From Theionarchaea archaeon (GTDB taxonomy: Archaea; Methanobacteriota_B; Thermococci; Methanofastidiosales; SZ-28-30), in contig JACVGT010000018.1 in NCBI GenBank assembly GCA_018992685.1, positions 160,001 to 224,000 of the forward strand: DNA of 64,000 nucleotides, in the 5' to 3' direction. The translations under genes were made by a program, and so were the position numbers. Within the stretch, counting starts at the first letter, position 1; every line of letters begins with the position of its first letter. Shown here in pieces: positions 47,437 to 57,643 of the stretch. The notes beneath the pieces are model-generated. The model searched no databases, was not told the DNA's origin, and saw only the letters and a program-made list of their open reading frames with translations.

Positions 47437-48251
47437 TGGCAATTAGGAGTTCACTATGGCTGGAATACCAGATTGAAGCCAATTGGACGTCACCTGTGAT
47501 ATTTATACTGTATAATACGTTAAAACCAGTCGGGGGCTCATTGTTACTTCTGGCCATGTACTATGTAGTCACTGGCGGCTTTCTGGGAGGTGAAGGCCTG
47601 TATTTTTTGTATATTGGTAACGCATTCTACATGCTGGTGGCCCAGACACTGTTTAGCGTGGGCTGGATCATCCACGATGATAGAGAGCACTACCAGACCA
47701 TGAAGTACCTGTACATATCGCCCCTGTCGTACTTCACCTACTTGATGGGGAGAAGTGCCATGAGATTTCTCCTGAGCTTACTCCCTCTGTCAGTGTTGAT
47801 AGGGCTGGGTATCCTTCTGAAGATACCATACCGCATTGAGATTCTGTTGCTGATTGGCACATTTTTTCTAGGATGGATTTTTGTTATATCGGCAGGGCTG
47901 CTCTTGTCAGGGGTCAACATGCTCACAGCGCGTCACGGGAATTCAATTGGACAGGCCTTTTCAGGGATATTCTATCTCTTTTCAGGGGTTGTCTTTCCCA
48001 TACACGTCCTCCCAGGTTGGGCAAGCACTGCAGCTCTCGGGCTGCCTTCAACGTATTGGTTCTCATTGGTGAGAAGGAGCGTCCTGGGAAAAGAGGTTGA
48101 CAGCATTATGAGTGGGTTCACCACAGGGGACGTTGCTGTCCGGTTGATCATTATTTCAGTACTATTCTTTGTGATTTCTTATCTCACGTTTAGACTGGCC
48201 GATTACCTGGCCAGGAAGAAAGGCATCATTGACATGTCCACTACCTACTAG
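47436..48251 (+). CDS. ABC-2 type permease
   Basis: TAATG overlap at 47434-47438; DREHYQTMKYLYISP and FSGVVFPI. Confidence 0.88.
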   Translation: MAIRSSLWLEYQIEANWTSPVIFILYNTLKPVGGSLLLLAMYYVVTGGFLGGEGLYFLYIGNAFYMLVAQTLFSVGWIIHDDREHYQTMKYLYISPLSYFTYLMGRSAMRFLLSLLPLSVLIGLGILLKIPYRIEILLLIGTFFLGWIFVISAGLLLSGVNMLTARHGNSIGQAFSGIFYLFSGVVFPIHVLPGWASTAALGLPSTYWFSLVRRSVLGKEVDSIMSGFTTGDVAVRLIIISVLFFVISYLTFRLADYLARKKGIIDMSTTY

Positions 48252-48289
48252 GGTATACTAGAGCTGGAGTTCCCATAGAATAGTTGAAT

Positions 48290-49402
48290 CTAGCCCACAA
48301 GGGACAACAATACTCCAGCAGCAATTGCTGAACCGATAACTCCCGCCACATTGGGACCCATAGCATGCATTAGCAGGTAGTTCTTGGGGTTCTCCTTCAG
48401 CCCGACCTTTTGAACCACCCGTGCTGCCATGGGAACTGCTGAAACCCCTGCTGCTCCAATCAGTGGGTTAACCTGCCCCCTGGTGAGAAAGCACATGAGT
48501 TTCCCAAACAGCACACCTGCTGCAGTGCCAAAACAGAATGCAATTAGCCCCAGAACGATGATTTTAATGGTCCCCATTGTCAGAAATTGGGAAGCAGTCA
48601 TGGTAGCCCCCACTGATAATCCCAGAAAGATGGTGACCAGGTTGATCAGTTCATTTTCAGATGCTTTCCACAACCTGTTGACCACTCCTGATTCTCTGAA
48701 AAGATTTCCCGCCATGAGCATGCCAATCAGGGGAGTAGCAGAAGGCAGAAGGAGTGCAGTCACGATGGTGATGGCAATGGGAAAAACAATCTTTGTCTTC
48801 TTGCTCACAGGTCGCAACTGAACCATCTCAATACTGCGTTCCCTCTTCGTGGTAAGTGCCCGCATGATGGGGGGCTGAATAATTGGAACCAGAGCCATGT
48901 ACGAATACGCAGCCACTGCCACTGGTCCCAGAAGATGTGGAGCGAGCTTGCTGGTTAAATAGATGGCAGTTGGACCATCTGCCCCTCCAATAATCCCTAT
49001 AGAAGAAGCTTCTGGTAGACTGAATCCAAGGTACAGTGCACCCAGTAGCGTCCCGAAAATTCCAAACTGGGCAGCAGCTCCCAGCAGGAAAGTCTTTGGA
49101 TTGGCCAGTAGAGGGCCAAAATCAGTGAGAGCGCCCACCCCCAGGAAAATTAGCGGAGGAAAGATACCATATCTAACTCCCTGATAAAAGAAATAGAGCA
49201 GTCCTCCCTCTTCCATCAATCCTGCCAGGGGAATATTGGTTAGAATCGCACCAAATCCAATTGGCAGGAGCAGTAATGGCTCATATTCCCTGGTGATGGC
49301 TAGATATATGAGAACACAGCCGATACCGATCATGACAACACTTCCCAGTGTGAGGTTGCTGAACCCTGTCAACTGAAGAAACTCACGCATCACGTCCTGC
49401 AT
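48290..49402 (-). CDS. mmdB: Na+-translocating decarboxylase beta subunit
   Basis: [33 protein letters not shown] and HAMGPNVAG. Confidence 0.95.
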   Translation of the reverse strand: MQDVMREFLQLTGFSNLTLGSVVMIGIGCVLIYLAITREYEPLLLLPIGFGAILTNIPLAGLMEEGGLLYFFYQGVRYGIFPPLIFLGVGALTDFGPLLANPKTFLLGAAAQFGIFGTLLGALYLGFSLPEASSIGIIGGADGPTAIYLTSKLAPHLLGPVAVAAYSYMALVPIIQPPIMRALTTKRERSIEMVQLRPVSKKTKIVFPIAITIVTALLLPSATPLIGMLMAGNLFRESGVVNRLWKASENELINLVTIFLGLSVGATMTASQFLTMGTIKIIVLGLIAFCFGTAAGVLFGKLMCFLTRGQVNPLIGAAGVSAVPMAARVVQKVGLKENPKNYLLMHAMGPNVAGVIGSAIAAGVLLSLVG

Positions 49403-49413
49403 TTTAATCACCT

Positions 49414-49830
49414 CTAAGAAATGATTGCCAGTGAATCCCCTGTATTCACAGCCTGCCCTTCTTTCACCAGAATTCTCTTTAAGGTGCCTGTAAGTGGGGA
49501 CGATATCTGGTTTTCCATCTTCATGGCCTCCAGCGTGAACAGAAGGTCGCCTGCTGAAACCGTCTTCCCTTCCACAGCATGGATTTTGAGAATGGTTCCC
49601 GGCATAGGGGAAGGCACTGATCCTGGAGACATGGCTCTGGATGTGGGAATAGAGGGCGATGAAACAACGACGGGTCCCTGAGCGTGCAGGGTTTTCTCTT
49701 CCCTGACCCTCTCTTCCTGGATTGAGACTTCATATGGGACTCCGTCCACGATTACTGAATAGGAGGGTCCTTCTCCTTCTATTTCCACTTCATAGGGCTT
49801 GCCTTCAATTTCGACTGTGTATTTGGTCAT
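49414..49830 (-). CDS. mmdC: Biotin carboxyl carrier (gamma) subunit
   Basis: SPMPG and LEAMKMEN biotinylation motif. Confidence 0.93.
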   Translation of the reverse strand: MTKYTVEIEGKPYEVEIEGEGPSYSVIVDGVPYEVSIQEERVREEKTLHAQGPVVVSSPSIPTSRAMSPGSVPSPMPGTILKIHAVEGKTVSAGDLLFTLEAMKMENQISSPLTGTLKRILVKEGQAVNTGDSLAIIS

Positions 49831-50086
49831 GGTATGATCTCCCTTGTTGTATCCACAAACTCTCTGCTACGGTGTCAAACCGGATGAAACCTTTTCTTTT
49901 CAGGTGGTAGGTCAGAGCACAGGCTATCACCGCCTTCACACGTGGCTCTGGCTCACCATGTGCAATCTGCTCTGCAGGCTCAGTCCTGAACATTCGTTCC
50001 AGTCCCCAGGCGATGACTGCTAAAAGCCCCAGAGCGGAAAACACGACCCCCATGCCCACCGCTGTCAATATGTATCCTGATACCAT
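49805..50086 (-). CDS. mmdD: OadG-like membrane anchor (delta) subunit
   Basis: N-terminal GMGVVF TM helix, AVIACA and W...GR; position in the mmd operon. Confidence 0.8.
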   Translation of the reverse strand: MVSGYILTAVGMGVVFSALGLLAVIAWGLERMFRTEPAEQIAHGEPEPRVKAVIACALTYHLKRKGFIRFDTVAESLWIQQGRSYHDQIHSRN

Positions 50087-50097
50087 GGACCATCCAC

Positions 50098-51642
50098 CTA
50101 CAACGGGATACTCCCGTGCTTTTTTCGGGGCCTGTCTTCTCTCTTTCTATGTAACATCTTTACTGCCTGTATGAGATGGTATCTAGTTTTTCTGGGGTCA
50201 ATGACGGCATCTACAAACCCACACCTGGCTGCTACATACGGATTTGCAAACCTCTCCCTGTATTGTCTCACTTTTTCTTCCCGCACTTTCTCGGGGTTCT
50301 CTGCCGCACTGATCTCTCTCCTATGGGCGACATTAACTGCACCTTCAGGCCCCATGACAGCAATCTCTGCCTGTGGCCAGGCCAGTACTAGATCAGTTCC
50401 GAGCTTCTTGCTGCACATGCATACGTAGGCTCCCCCGTATGCTTTTCTCACAATCAACGAAATCTTGGGAACATTGGCTTCAGCATAGGCGAACAGCATT
50501 TTAGCGCCGTGACGGATGATTCCGCCATGTTCTTGGGACACACCCGGAAGAAACCCAGGAACATCCACAATAGCAACCAGAGGAATGTTAAAAGCATCAC
50601 AGAACCTGATGAATCGTGCACCCTTGTCAGACGCATCGATATCCAGACAGCCAGCCAAGACTGCAGGTTGGTTCGCTACAATCCCCACCACTTTCCCGTT
50701 GAGGCGAGAGAATCCCACCACCAGGTTCCCGGCAAACAGTGCATGAACCTCTATGAACTCACCATTATCAACGACACTGCAGATGATGTCCTTGACATCA
50801 AAGACTTTCTGTGGATCTTCTGGGACAACTGTTAACAAAGACTCATCCTCCCTGAAAGGAGAATCAGTGACCTCTTTTTCTGGTGGGTCTTCCACATTAT
50901 TCGACGGTAGGTATTCCAGCAGCTTTCTCACCTTCAAGAGACACTCTTTTTCAGTCTGATCAAAGAAGTGGGCAACTCCGCTGCGCGTGCTGTGAGCGGC
51001 TGCGCCTCCAAGTTGCTCGAACGTCACCTCTTCACCGGTGACCGTTCTGATTACATCCGGCCCGGTGATGAACATGTGGGAAACTTGGTCCACCATGAAT
51101 ACGAAATCAGTGATCGCAGGTGAATAAACGGCTCCCCCTGCACAGGGGCCCAGAATGATAGAAATCTGTGGAATAACTCCTGAAGCAAGCGTATTGAACT
51201 TAAAAATCTCGCCATATCCCTCCAGAGAGGCCACACCTTCCTGGATGCGGGCTCCTCCTGAATCATTGATCTGTATGAATGGCACTCCGTTTTTCAAGGC
51301 CAGCTCCTGGGCATAGACAATCCTTCTGGCATGCATTTCTCCCAAGGAACCCCCCATTATTGTAAAATCCTGGCTTGCCACATACACCAATCGACCATCA
51401 ATGGTTCCACACCCCGTGACCACACCATCTCCCAAGAATTCTCTTTGATCGGCCACAAGGCCATGACATCCCTGGGAAATGAACATATCGATTTCCTCAA
51501 AGCTTCCCTCGTCAAGCAGGACAGAAATGCGTTCACGTGCCGTCAGTTTTCCTTTCTGATGCCGCTGTTCAATCCGTTCGAGTCCTCCTCCCAGGCAGGA
51601 TTCCTGCAGTTTTTCCTGGAGCTCCTTCAATTTTTCTTCCAT
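50098..51642 (-). CDS. mmdA: Methylmalonyl-CoA decarboxylase alpha (carboxyltransferase) subunit
   Basis: GKLTARER, DSGGARIQEG, GPCAGGAVYSPA, RKAYGGAY and KKHGSIPL. Confidence 0.93.
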   Translation of the reverse strand: MEEKLKELQEKLQESCLGGGLERIEQRHQKGKLTARERISVLLDEGSFEEIDMFISQGCHGLVADQREFLGDGVVTGCGTIDGRLVYVASQDFTIMGGSLGEMHARRIVYAQELALKNGVPFIQINDSGGARIQEGVASLEGYGEIFKFNTLASGVIPQISIILGPCAGGAVYSPAITDFVFMVDQVSHMFITGPDVIRTVTGEEVTFEQLGGAAAHSTRSGVAHFFDQTEKECLLKVRKLLEYLPSNNVEDPPEKEVTDSPFREDESLLTVVPEDPQKVFDVKDIICSVVDNGEFIEVHALFAGNLVVGFSRLNGKVVGIVANQPAVLAGCLDIDASDKGARFIRFCDAFNIPLVAIVDVPGFLPGVSQEHGGIIRHGAKMLFAYAEANVPKISLIVRKAYGGAYVCMCSKKLGTDLVLAWPQAEIAVMGPEGAVNVAHRREISAAENPEKVREEKVRQYRERFANPYVAARCGFVDAVIDPRKTRYHLIQAVKMLHRKREDRPRKKHGSIPL

Positions 51643-51713
51643 TACAGTTCTTTTCACTAGGGCTTAAAATAGCTTTCTCATAAAGTGGGGCTTGAAAGCG
51701 TAAGATTCAAATA

Positions 51714-52538
51714 ATGAACCTGACTACCAGTAATATGCATCTAGTAACTGCAGACGTACTCGATGAGTATGGCCTCCCCGACTTTTCTTTCATCATTGCC
51801 GATCCGGAGAACACTCGCTACGTACGAGACCTCGCACAGTTCTCCTACATCAAGGATGGATCTGACGTCGTAGGATTCCTGGCTTTTCACGAGCAGGAGT
51901 CCCAGATGGTCATCCATTATATCTCCCTAGATGAGCATGTTTCTCTGTCCAGTGCTGAAACCTTTATCAACAACCTCGCGTCCGGAAAGGAAGTCTACGC
52001 TGTTACCTACGATTGCAACAGGGCAACAGACCTTTTCGAAACCATGGGATTCTACAGGGAGGCTGGTCTCCAGTACATGGAGATGAAAACCATCCCCCAT
52101 TTCAGATCGCCCTATGGATTAGAATTCGTATCCATAGCAACCTCGAAAATCCCCCAAAAAATGTCCAATCTGTACAATACCTGTTTTTCAGTGTCTGATG
52201 GAAAGAAGACTCTGGAGGAATTTGTCGTTGACCCCTTTTCCACCACAGGAATTGATCTTATTTTGCGAAGAGAAGGGAGGAATATCGGGTTCTGGGTAGA
52301 TGTCACCTACTTCGGGACTGTGTGCTTCAACTGCTGGATCGGCATTGTTCCCCGACACAGAAGAAAAGGGTATGCAACTCAGCTAATGGAGTACGCTCTG
52401 ACTGTTGCCACTGAAAAAGGATGTACCAGAGCTGGTCTCCTTGTAAACCCGCGGAATGATGCTGCAGTGAGTTTTTATGATCAGATGGGGTTCGAAAAAC
52501 GGTGGGGAAGACTCCATTTTAGAAGCGAATCCGACTGA
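51714..52538 (+). CDS. GNAT-family acetyltransferase (two-domain)
   Basis: GIVPRHRRKGYA and N.AAVSFYDQMGF. Confidence 0.8.
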   Translation: MNLTTSNMHLVTADVLDEYGLPDFSFIIADPENTRYVRDLAQFSYIKDGSDVVGFLAFHEQESQMVIHYISLDEHVSLSSAETFINNLASGKEVYAVTYDCNRATDLFETMGFYREAGLQYMEMKTIPHFRSPYGLEFVSIATSKIPQKMSNLYNTCFSVSDGKKTLEEFVVDPFSTTGIDLILRREGRNIGFWVDVTYFGTVCFNCWIGIVPRHRRKGYATQLMEYALTVATEKGCTRAGLLVNPRNDAAVSFYDQMGFEKRWGRLHFRSESD

Positions 52539-52543
52539 GGTTT

Positions 52544-53461
52544 CTACATTTCCTTCAAGAAGTGAGGGGTGGCATCCCGCACTGGGTCGAATTTCTCCCA
52601 GTTTTTGACCACAGTACACACCATGGATACCTTGGAATGCAGTGAAGTCGGCAGCCTCAGAATTCGTTTAATATCTATGGTACATTTCCCATCGACCGAT
52701 TCTGCATTAACCAGTGATAGTTCCTCCAGCAAAGATTCCAGAGCTTTTTTCTTGATTATTCCTTCCAGGCGCATTTTATCTCTGCTGGTCAAAGCTTCAA
52801 TGATGGAATCTCTGTTCTCGAGAAGTGTTGAACCCCCTCTCATGGCAAGGCTCCTCATTTTGGAGAGTGTCACCCCACTCATCCTCCGGAAAGCTGAAGA
52901 ATACCCCTTCACCATGAAAAGATCTGAGGGAACCTTAGACCCTGTCACAAATGTGAAAACACTGCCCCTGTCTCTGATGCTCATGGCTTCCTCATCAGTA
53001 CACCTGACGTGATATCCCCTCCCTGAGTAGACCAGGAACAGCTTGCTCACTCCAAAGCTCTCTTTCAGCGTCTCGATGAGGGTCAGAGCGACATCTCGCG
53101 CATCTTCCAGGCAGATTTCACACACCTCCCCTGCTTTGCATTCGCATCGGCGAGCAGGGAGATCACGAGCATCAATATCAAATACCAGCTCAGCCCTCAG
53201 CCATCCTTCTCTCTGGGAAGGCACGTCGTAATGAGAAACACTGGAGTATATGGCGTACGGTGCAGCCTTTCGGATTCTGGAACTCAACTCGTCAAGAGAG
53301 GAAAAGGCATTGTACCTGTCATTTGGGCCTGTACCATCATTATCAAAGGCGAATTCCAGAAAGCGAAAATAATCAGTAATAAAAGAAGGAAGATCACGAG
53401 GATTCCATTCCCGAGCAAAATACTCTCGTCTATCTTGAAGGGTAGCTTCTCTGAACTCCAT
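52544..53461 (-). CDS. priS: DNA primase small (catalytic) subunit
   Basis: EFAFD..G.GP.DRY, ELVFDID, YSGRGYH and D.K.TID.KRILRLP.SLHSKV. Confidence 0.93.
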   Translation of the reverse strand: MEFREATLQDRREYFAREWNPRDLPSFITDYFRFLEFAFDNDGTGPNDRYNAFSSLDELSSRIRKAAPYAIYSSVSHYDVPSQREGWLRAELVFDIDARDLPARRCECKAGEVCEICLEDARDVALTLIETLKESFGVSKLFLVYSGRGYHVRCTDEEAMSIRDRGSVFTFVTGSKVPSDLFMVKGYSSAFRRMSGVTLSKMRSLAMRGGSTLLENRDSIIEALTSRDKMRLEGIIKKKALESLLEELSLVNAESVDGKCTIDIKRILRLPTSLHSKVSMVCTVVKNWEKFDPVRDATPHFLKEM

Positions 53462-54107
53462 GGTCTTTCTCTAAACGAGTTATTATTCCCCCAACCTCAG
53501 CTGAAATTTCATCAATTGATCTGGTTCCGTCAAGGGTGATAAGGGTTCCTTTGTCCTTGTAGTACTGGATCAGAGGAGTTGTCTGCTTCTTGTAGATTTC
53601 AAATCGGTGTGTAATAGCTCCGGGGGTATCATCAGCTCTTTGATACAGATCTTCCCCACACGTGTCACACAGACCTTTCTGGCGGGGTGGATTGTACGAT
53701 GTGTGATAAATGGCGTTGCACTCAGGACAGGTCAGCCTTCCTGAAAGTCTTTCCACCAGGCTATCAAGAGGTACATCAATGGAGATTACGGCATCAAGGG
53801 CGAGGTTCATCTCTTCCAGAACATCATCCAGTGTTGTGGCCTGCTCCAGGGTTCGGGGAAACCCATCCAGGATGAACTGGTCTCCGTTGGAAATAGCTTC
53901 TCTCACAAGTTCAATGACTATTGAGTCAGGAACCAGAGCTCCTCTTTCCATGTACTCCTGGGCCTTTGTACCTGCAGGAGTACCCTTGTCTGCTGCTTCC
54001 CTGAGGAGGTCTCCTGTAGAAATCTGAGGAATTCCCAGGCTTCTGGCTATTACTTGAGCCTGAGTCCCCTTTCCGCTCCCGGGGGGTCCAAGAAAAACGA
54101 TCCTCAT
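53430..54107 (-). CDS. adk: Adenylate kinase (bacterial type with Zn-LID)
   Basis: GPPGSGKGTQ, ISTGDLLR, LDGFPRT and CPEC...CDTC LID. Confidence 0.95.
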   Translation of the reverse strand: MRIVFLGPPGSGKGTQAQVIARSLGIPQISTGDLLREAADKGTPAGTKAQEYMERGALVPDSIVIELVREAISNGDQFILDGFPRTLEQATTLDDVLEEMNLALDAVISIDVPLDSLVERLSGRLTCPECNAIYHTSYNPPRQKGLCDTCGEDLYQRADDTPGAITHRFEIYKKQTTPLIQYYKDKGTLITLDGTRSIDEISAEVGGIITRLEKDHGVQRSYPSR

Positions 54108-54188
54108 ACTGTCACCTGAGCATACACAGAGTACCACCATAAAAAGCTTTTCAGTGCCAGGTGATTTGCCCAGCTATCTTGTCTCCAC

Positions 54189-55556
54189 TCACTGTTCAGC
54201 CATATTGGGTTCAGGGGGACTCTTCAACTCCTTCTCGAGAATGGCAAGATTCTCCCTATCAAAGGCCCTGCCGTCATAGCTCAGGATAAATCTGCACTGC
54301 TGCTGGACAACTCTGTCATCAAGACAATACAGAAACTTCATGATCGTGTCAAACGAATTGTGGATCATGAGAAACTCAAACCCTTCAAACAGTACGCAGG
54401 AAACGGGGTACTCTTTTATGAAACTGCTTATCATGTGAGTCAGCTTGGCGAGGTCGATGGGACTCACACTCCACGAATTCTCCTCATTGATGGCAAGCCA
54501 GATCATGGGGACACGGTCCAGGTCCCATTCCCTGAAAAAGATATCAGGGTGCTCTCTGCTCACCACAAGCCCGAAATCGCCCCGTATCAGCTGATCTCTA
54601 AAGATCCCCCTGGCTACCCCATAATCAGGTGAATCTACCCTGTAGGAGCTGCCCACAGGAAGTTTTTTCGCATGATCCATAAATGGACATTGTTCCCTGT
54701 ATTGAGCGAATATCTGACACCATGTAATCTGACTGCAACGATGGCAGTTGACGCCCTTTTCATTTGCACATATGTATATCGGGCACTCCCTCTTCTGCTG
54801 CTCCTCGGCTGCTGCACAACTCTTGCATCTCCCCGTCTGAAAAGAAGAACACAAAGAACACCTGCCTCCACACAGCGCATCTTTCATGGTCAATGCTTTC
54901 TGCACAGGGTAAATAATGGAACTTCCCTCCACATAGGAATATCCAAACGCCACCGTGCTGAATAAAGCAAACATAGACCCGATTTTTGGCAACCCCCATC
55001 CCATCAAAGGGGAGAAGACTTCAAAAATATAAGCAAATGCCATGGAAAACATGAATCCCTGCATCATAACGTCCACACGATGAATCTTTCCCAACTCTTT
55101 GAGTTTCATCCTCTCAGCATAGAGGAGTATGAATACCGTGACCGTCAGCGTGAGGTGAATCACTGCCAGATATAAAAACGTGGGCCCCGGCTCAAATGGG
55201 GGCGAGGTACCCGGCCGAATGAAAGCGTCTGTGAGGATTAGAACCATGAAGGGAATGCACAAGACTTTCGAGAAATAGTAAGGGATCTTGAATCTATTTT
55301 CGGAAATATGATAAGCCAGGTGATACAGTTCTGAAGGCAAAATGAAGAAGGGTATATACGACAGTCGTGTCCACCATATTGTCTCCCGATGTGAAGCTAA
55401 TGCACCCGCTTCGGTAATTCCCCACGCCCCAATAAGCAGTGCAACCAAGAAGAACCTTCTCACTATTTTTGAGTCGGGGGATTCCCAGTATATCCACAAT
55501 CCAATGCCGAGGCTGCACAAGGCTCCCAGCATGGCTGCAGCTCCGTAAACCTCCAT
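54189..55556 (-). CDS. 7TM input domain + Cys-rich domain + C-terminal DUF835 domain
   Basis: Seven hydrophobic helices; CGGRCSLC...CKSC...CPIY.C...C..C...C; C-terminal LVVSREHP, WL and VLFEGFEFLMIHNSF typical of DUF835. Confidence 0.75.
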   Translation of the reverse strand: MEVYGAAAMLGALCSLGIGLWIYWESPDSKIVRRFFLVALLIGAWGITEAGALASHRETIWWTRLSYIPFFILPSELYHLAYHISENRFKIPYYFSKVLCIPFMVLILTDAFIRPGTSPPFEPGPTFLYLAVIHLTLTVTVFILLYAERMKLKELGKIHRVDVMMQGFMFSMAFAYIFEVFSPLMGWGLPKIGSMFALFSTVAFGYSYVEGSSIIYPVQKALTMKDALCGGRCSLCSSFQTGRCKSCAAAEEQQKRECPIYICANEKGVNCHRCSQITWCQIFAQYREQCPFMDHAKKLPVGSSYRVDSPDYGVARGIFRDQLIRGDFGLVVSREHPDIFFREWDLDRVPMIWLAINEENSWSVSPIDLAKLTHMISSFIKEYPVSCVLFEGFEFLMIHNSFDTIMKFLYCLDDRVVQQQCRFILSYDGRAFDRENLAILEKELKSPPEPNMAEQ

Positions 55557-55773
55557 TGCATCTACTCCCTTTCATCCTCCCCTCCTTTTCCTGAAAGAAT
55601 GTAGGAGTGCGATCATAAAAACCTTTCCATCCTGAACAGGGAATCTTCCGAGTGTGGAAAATACTCTTCGCCTGATTGGCAAAAAGTGTGAGGTCTGCTG
55701 TTCGTAGACGCGATCTTCTCAGTCACAATCAACAGTCCAGTGGGTACGTGCTGCATCTCGCGTTATGGGCACA

Positions 55774-56913
55774 CTATCCCACTACATACGCTTCTCCAGT
55801 GATTTCCCCTTCAAACCGGCTCAAGGTAAGATCATCTATGGGCATGGATGGTTTCCCATCTACAATGAGCTCAGCAACTAACTCAGTAACCTTGGGGGCA
55901 ACCATGAACCCGTGTCCACTGTAACCATTGGCCTGGCAGAACCGATCTACCCCCTCTGTCCATCCCAGAATTGGTTGTGCATCTGGAGTAACATCATACA
56001 GCCCTGCCCACTGGCGGAGAACATTGAGATGACCAAAGGCAGGCACCAGCTCAACCATGGTCCTGGCCATTCGTTTCAAGAACCGCAGACTCCCTGAAAG
56101 GTTGTAGGACGATGGTTCTTCAGGGTCACCAATACCTCCAATGATAGAACCATGCTTCTGCTGTGAGAAGTATATTCCTGTCTTAAAGGATATGACCATG
56201 GGATCCAGTACGTGTTCCAACGGTTCAGTTACCAGGATCTCATGACGGTAGGGTTTATTAGGCAAATCTACCCCCACCATAGCAGCAATGTCTCTAGAAT
56301 GGGCTCCTGCAGCATTGACTACGGTGTCGGTCTTTACTGTTCCCTTATCAGTCCTTACGGCCTGAATATGACCATCTACAGCTACAATGTCTGTAACATT
56401 GGTGAATTTGTTGATCTCAACCCCCATCTCCTGCGCTTTCCTTGCATATCCATGAACTACCCGGAAGGGGTTGGCATGTCCATCAGTCTGGCAGAACGTT
56501 GCTCCTGCTATGGGATCCGTATTCAACAAAGGGACAATCTCCTGAGCTTCTGCGGGAGTGATAAACCTGCTGTGGAGGCCCAGCGAGTTCTGCAACCTGA
56601 CGTTCTTCCTGAACTGATCCACGTCGTCCTCATATGCAATGATCAGGTACCCTCCCTGTTCATACTCAATGTCTGTATCAAGTTCCTCTGAGAGCTGCTC
56701 AAAAAGGCGCACACTTTCCATTGCCAGAGCAATATTGGCTTCTGTCGTGAACTGCTGTCTGATACCCCCACCGCACCGGCCGGAGGCTCCCGTACACAGA
56801 CCCCCCCTCTCCAGAACTACAACATCGGTCAGTCCCTTCTTCGCCAGGCTATAAGCAGTTCCACATCCCGTGACCCCTCCTCCTATGATCACTGCTTCTG
56901 CCTTTTCTCTCAT
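55774..56913 (-). CDS. Proline dehydrogenase / sarcosine oxidase beta-like FAD subunit
   Basis: IIGGGVTG, GASGRCGGGIRQQF, RQWAGLYD.TPD and GYSGHGFM. Confidence 0.9.
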   Translation of the reverse strand: MREKAEAVIIGGGVTGCGTAYSLAKKGLTDVVVLERGGLCTGASGRCGGGIRQQFTTEANIALAMESVRLFEQLSEELDTDIEYEQGGYLIIAYEDDVDQFRKNVRLQNSLGLHSRFITPAEAQEIVPLLNTDPIAGATFCQTDGHANPFRVVHGYARKAQEMGVEINKFTNVTDIVAVDGHIQAVRTDKGTVKTDTVVNAAGAHSRDIAAMVGVDLPNKPYRHEILVTEPLEHVLDPMVISFKTGIYFSQQKHGSIIGGIGDPEEPSSYNLSGSLRFLKRMARTMVELVPAFGHLNVLRQWAGLYDVTPDAQPILGWTEGVDRFCQANGYSGHGFMVAPKVTELVAELIVDGKPSMPIDDLTLSRFEGEITGEAYVVG

Positions 56914-57173
56914 TCTTCGTCACCTGCAAATAGTGATAGGGACAGGGGCTGTAAGGGTGGTCTGGTCGTGGGACGTGATACTTCTGCTGCAGATTTTCCA
57001 GTCTCCCGGGCTACCACCCTGGTTATCAGAGGTATACATGTCCGTCCCTGACAGGGCCCCATGCCGCACCTCAATACGTGTTTTATTTCGTCCAGCGTGG
57101 TATATCCCTGGTCAATGGCCTTCAAAATGTCTTCTTTGGTTATGTCCTCACATCTGCACACCATTTCCGTCAT
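56910..57173 (-). CDS. BFD-like [2Fe-2S] subunit of the proline dehydrogenase-type complex
   Basis: VCRCEDIT...GMGPCQGRTC...RPP. Confidence 0.9.
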   Translation of the reverse strand: MTEMVCRCEDITKEDILKAIDQGYTTLDEIKHVLRCGMGPCQGRTCIPLITRVVARETGKSAAEVSRPTTRPPLQPLSLSLFAGDEE

Positions 57174-57643
57174 TGAATCCTCCTCACATTGCGGACCTTC
57201 ATAGCCAGATCTCTTGGAACTAGAACAGATAAGACAGCAGTCTTATTCTTGTGAACTCTCACTCTTTCAATCTCACCCTTTCCGCACGGAGTTCCTTCTC
57301 TATCCAGGAGGTCAACTCGTTCTCCCTTTTCCGGAAGAGGGATGAATTCGTAAGGCAGCATCACCAGTGCTTTGTCCTGAGAATAGTCAAAATCCACCAC
57401 AAAGACTGCCAGCCCAGGGCATTCTGCAATGCAGGCGCCGCACCCCCCACACTTCTCAACAATGAGCTGTGGTCTGCCCACCAGTGAATCCTTAACCAGG
57501 GCATCAGAAGGACAGGCTGTCACACAGGGGTCGCAGGGGATGTCTTCAACACATTCAACAATGGCTATCTTTCCTTTGAGTTCAGGCGTCATCTCTTTCA
57601 ACTGAGATTCTGTAAGCACTCCTGTCTTACGGTGTTCATTCAT
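57170..57643 (-). CDS. 4Fe-4S ferredoxin subunit of the proline dehydrogenase-type complex
   Basis: CVEDIPCDPCVTACP, CGGCGACIAECPGLA and LPYEFIP. Confidence 0.9.
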   Translation of the reverse strand: MNEHRKTGVLTESQLKEMTPELKGKIAIVECVEDIPCDPCVTACPSDALVKDSLVGRPQLIVEKCGGCGACIAECPGLAVFVVDFDYSQDKALVMLPYEFIPLPEKGERVDLLDREGTPCGKGEIERVRVHKNKTAVLSVLVPRDLAMKVRNVRRIQ

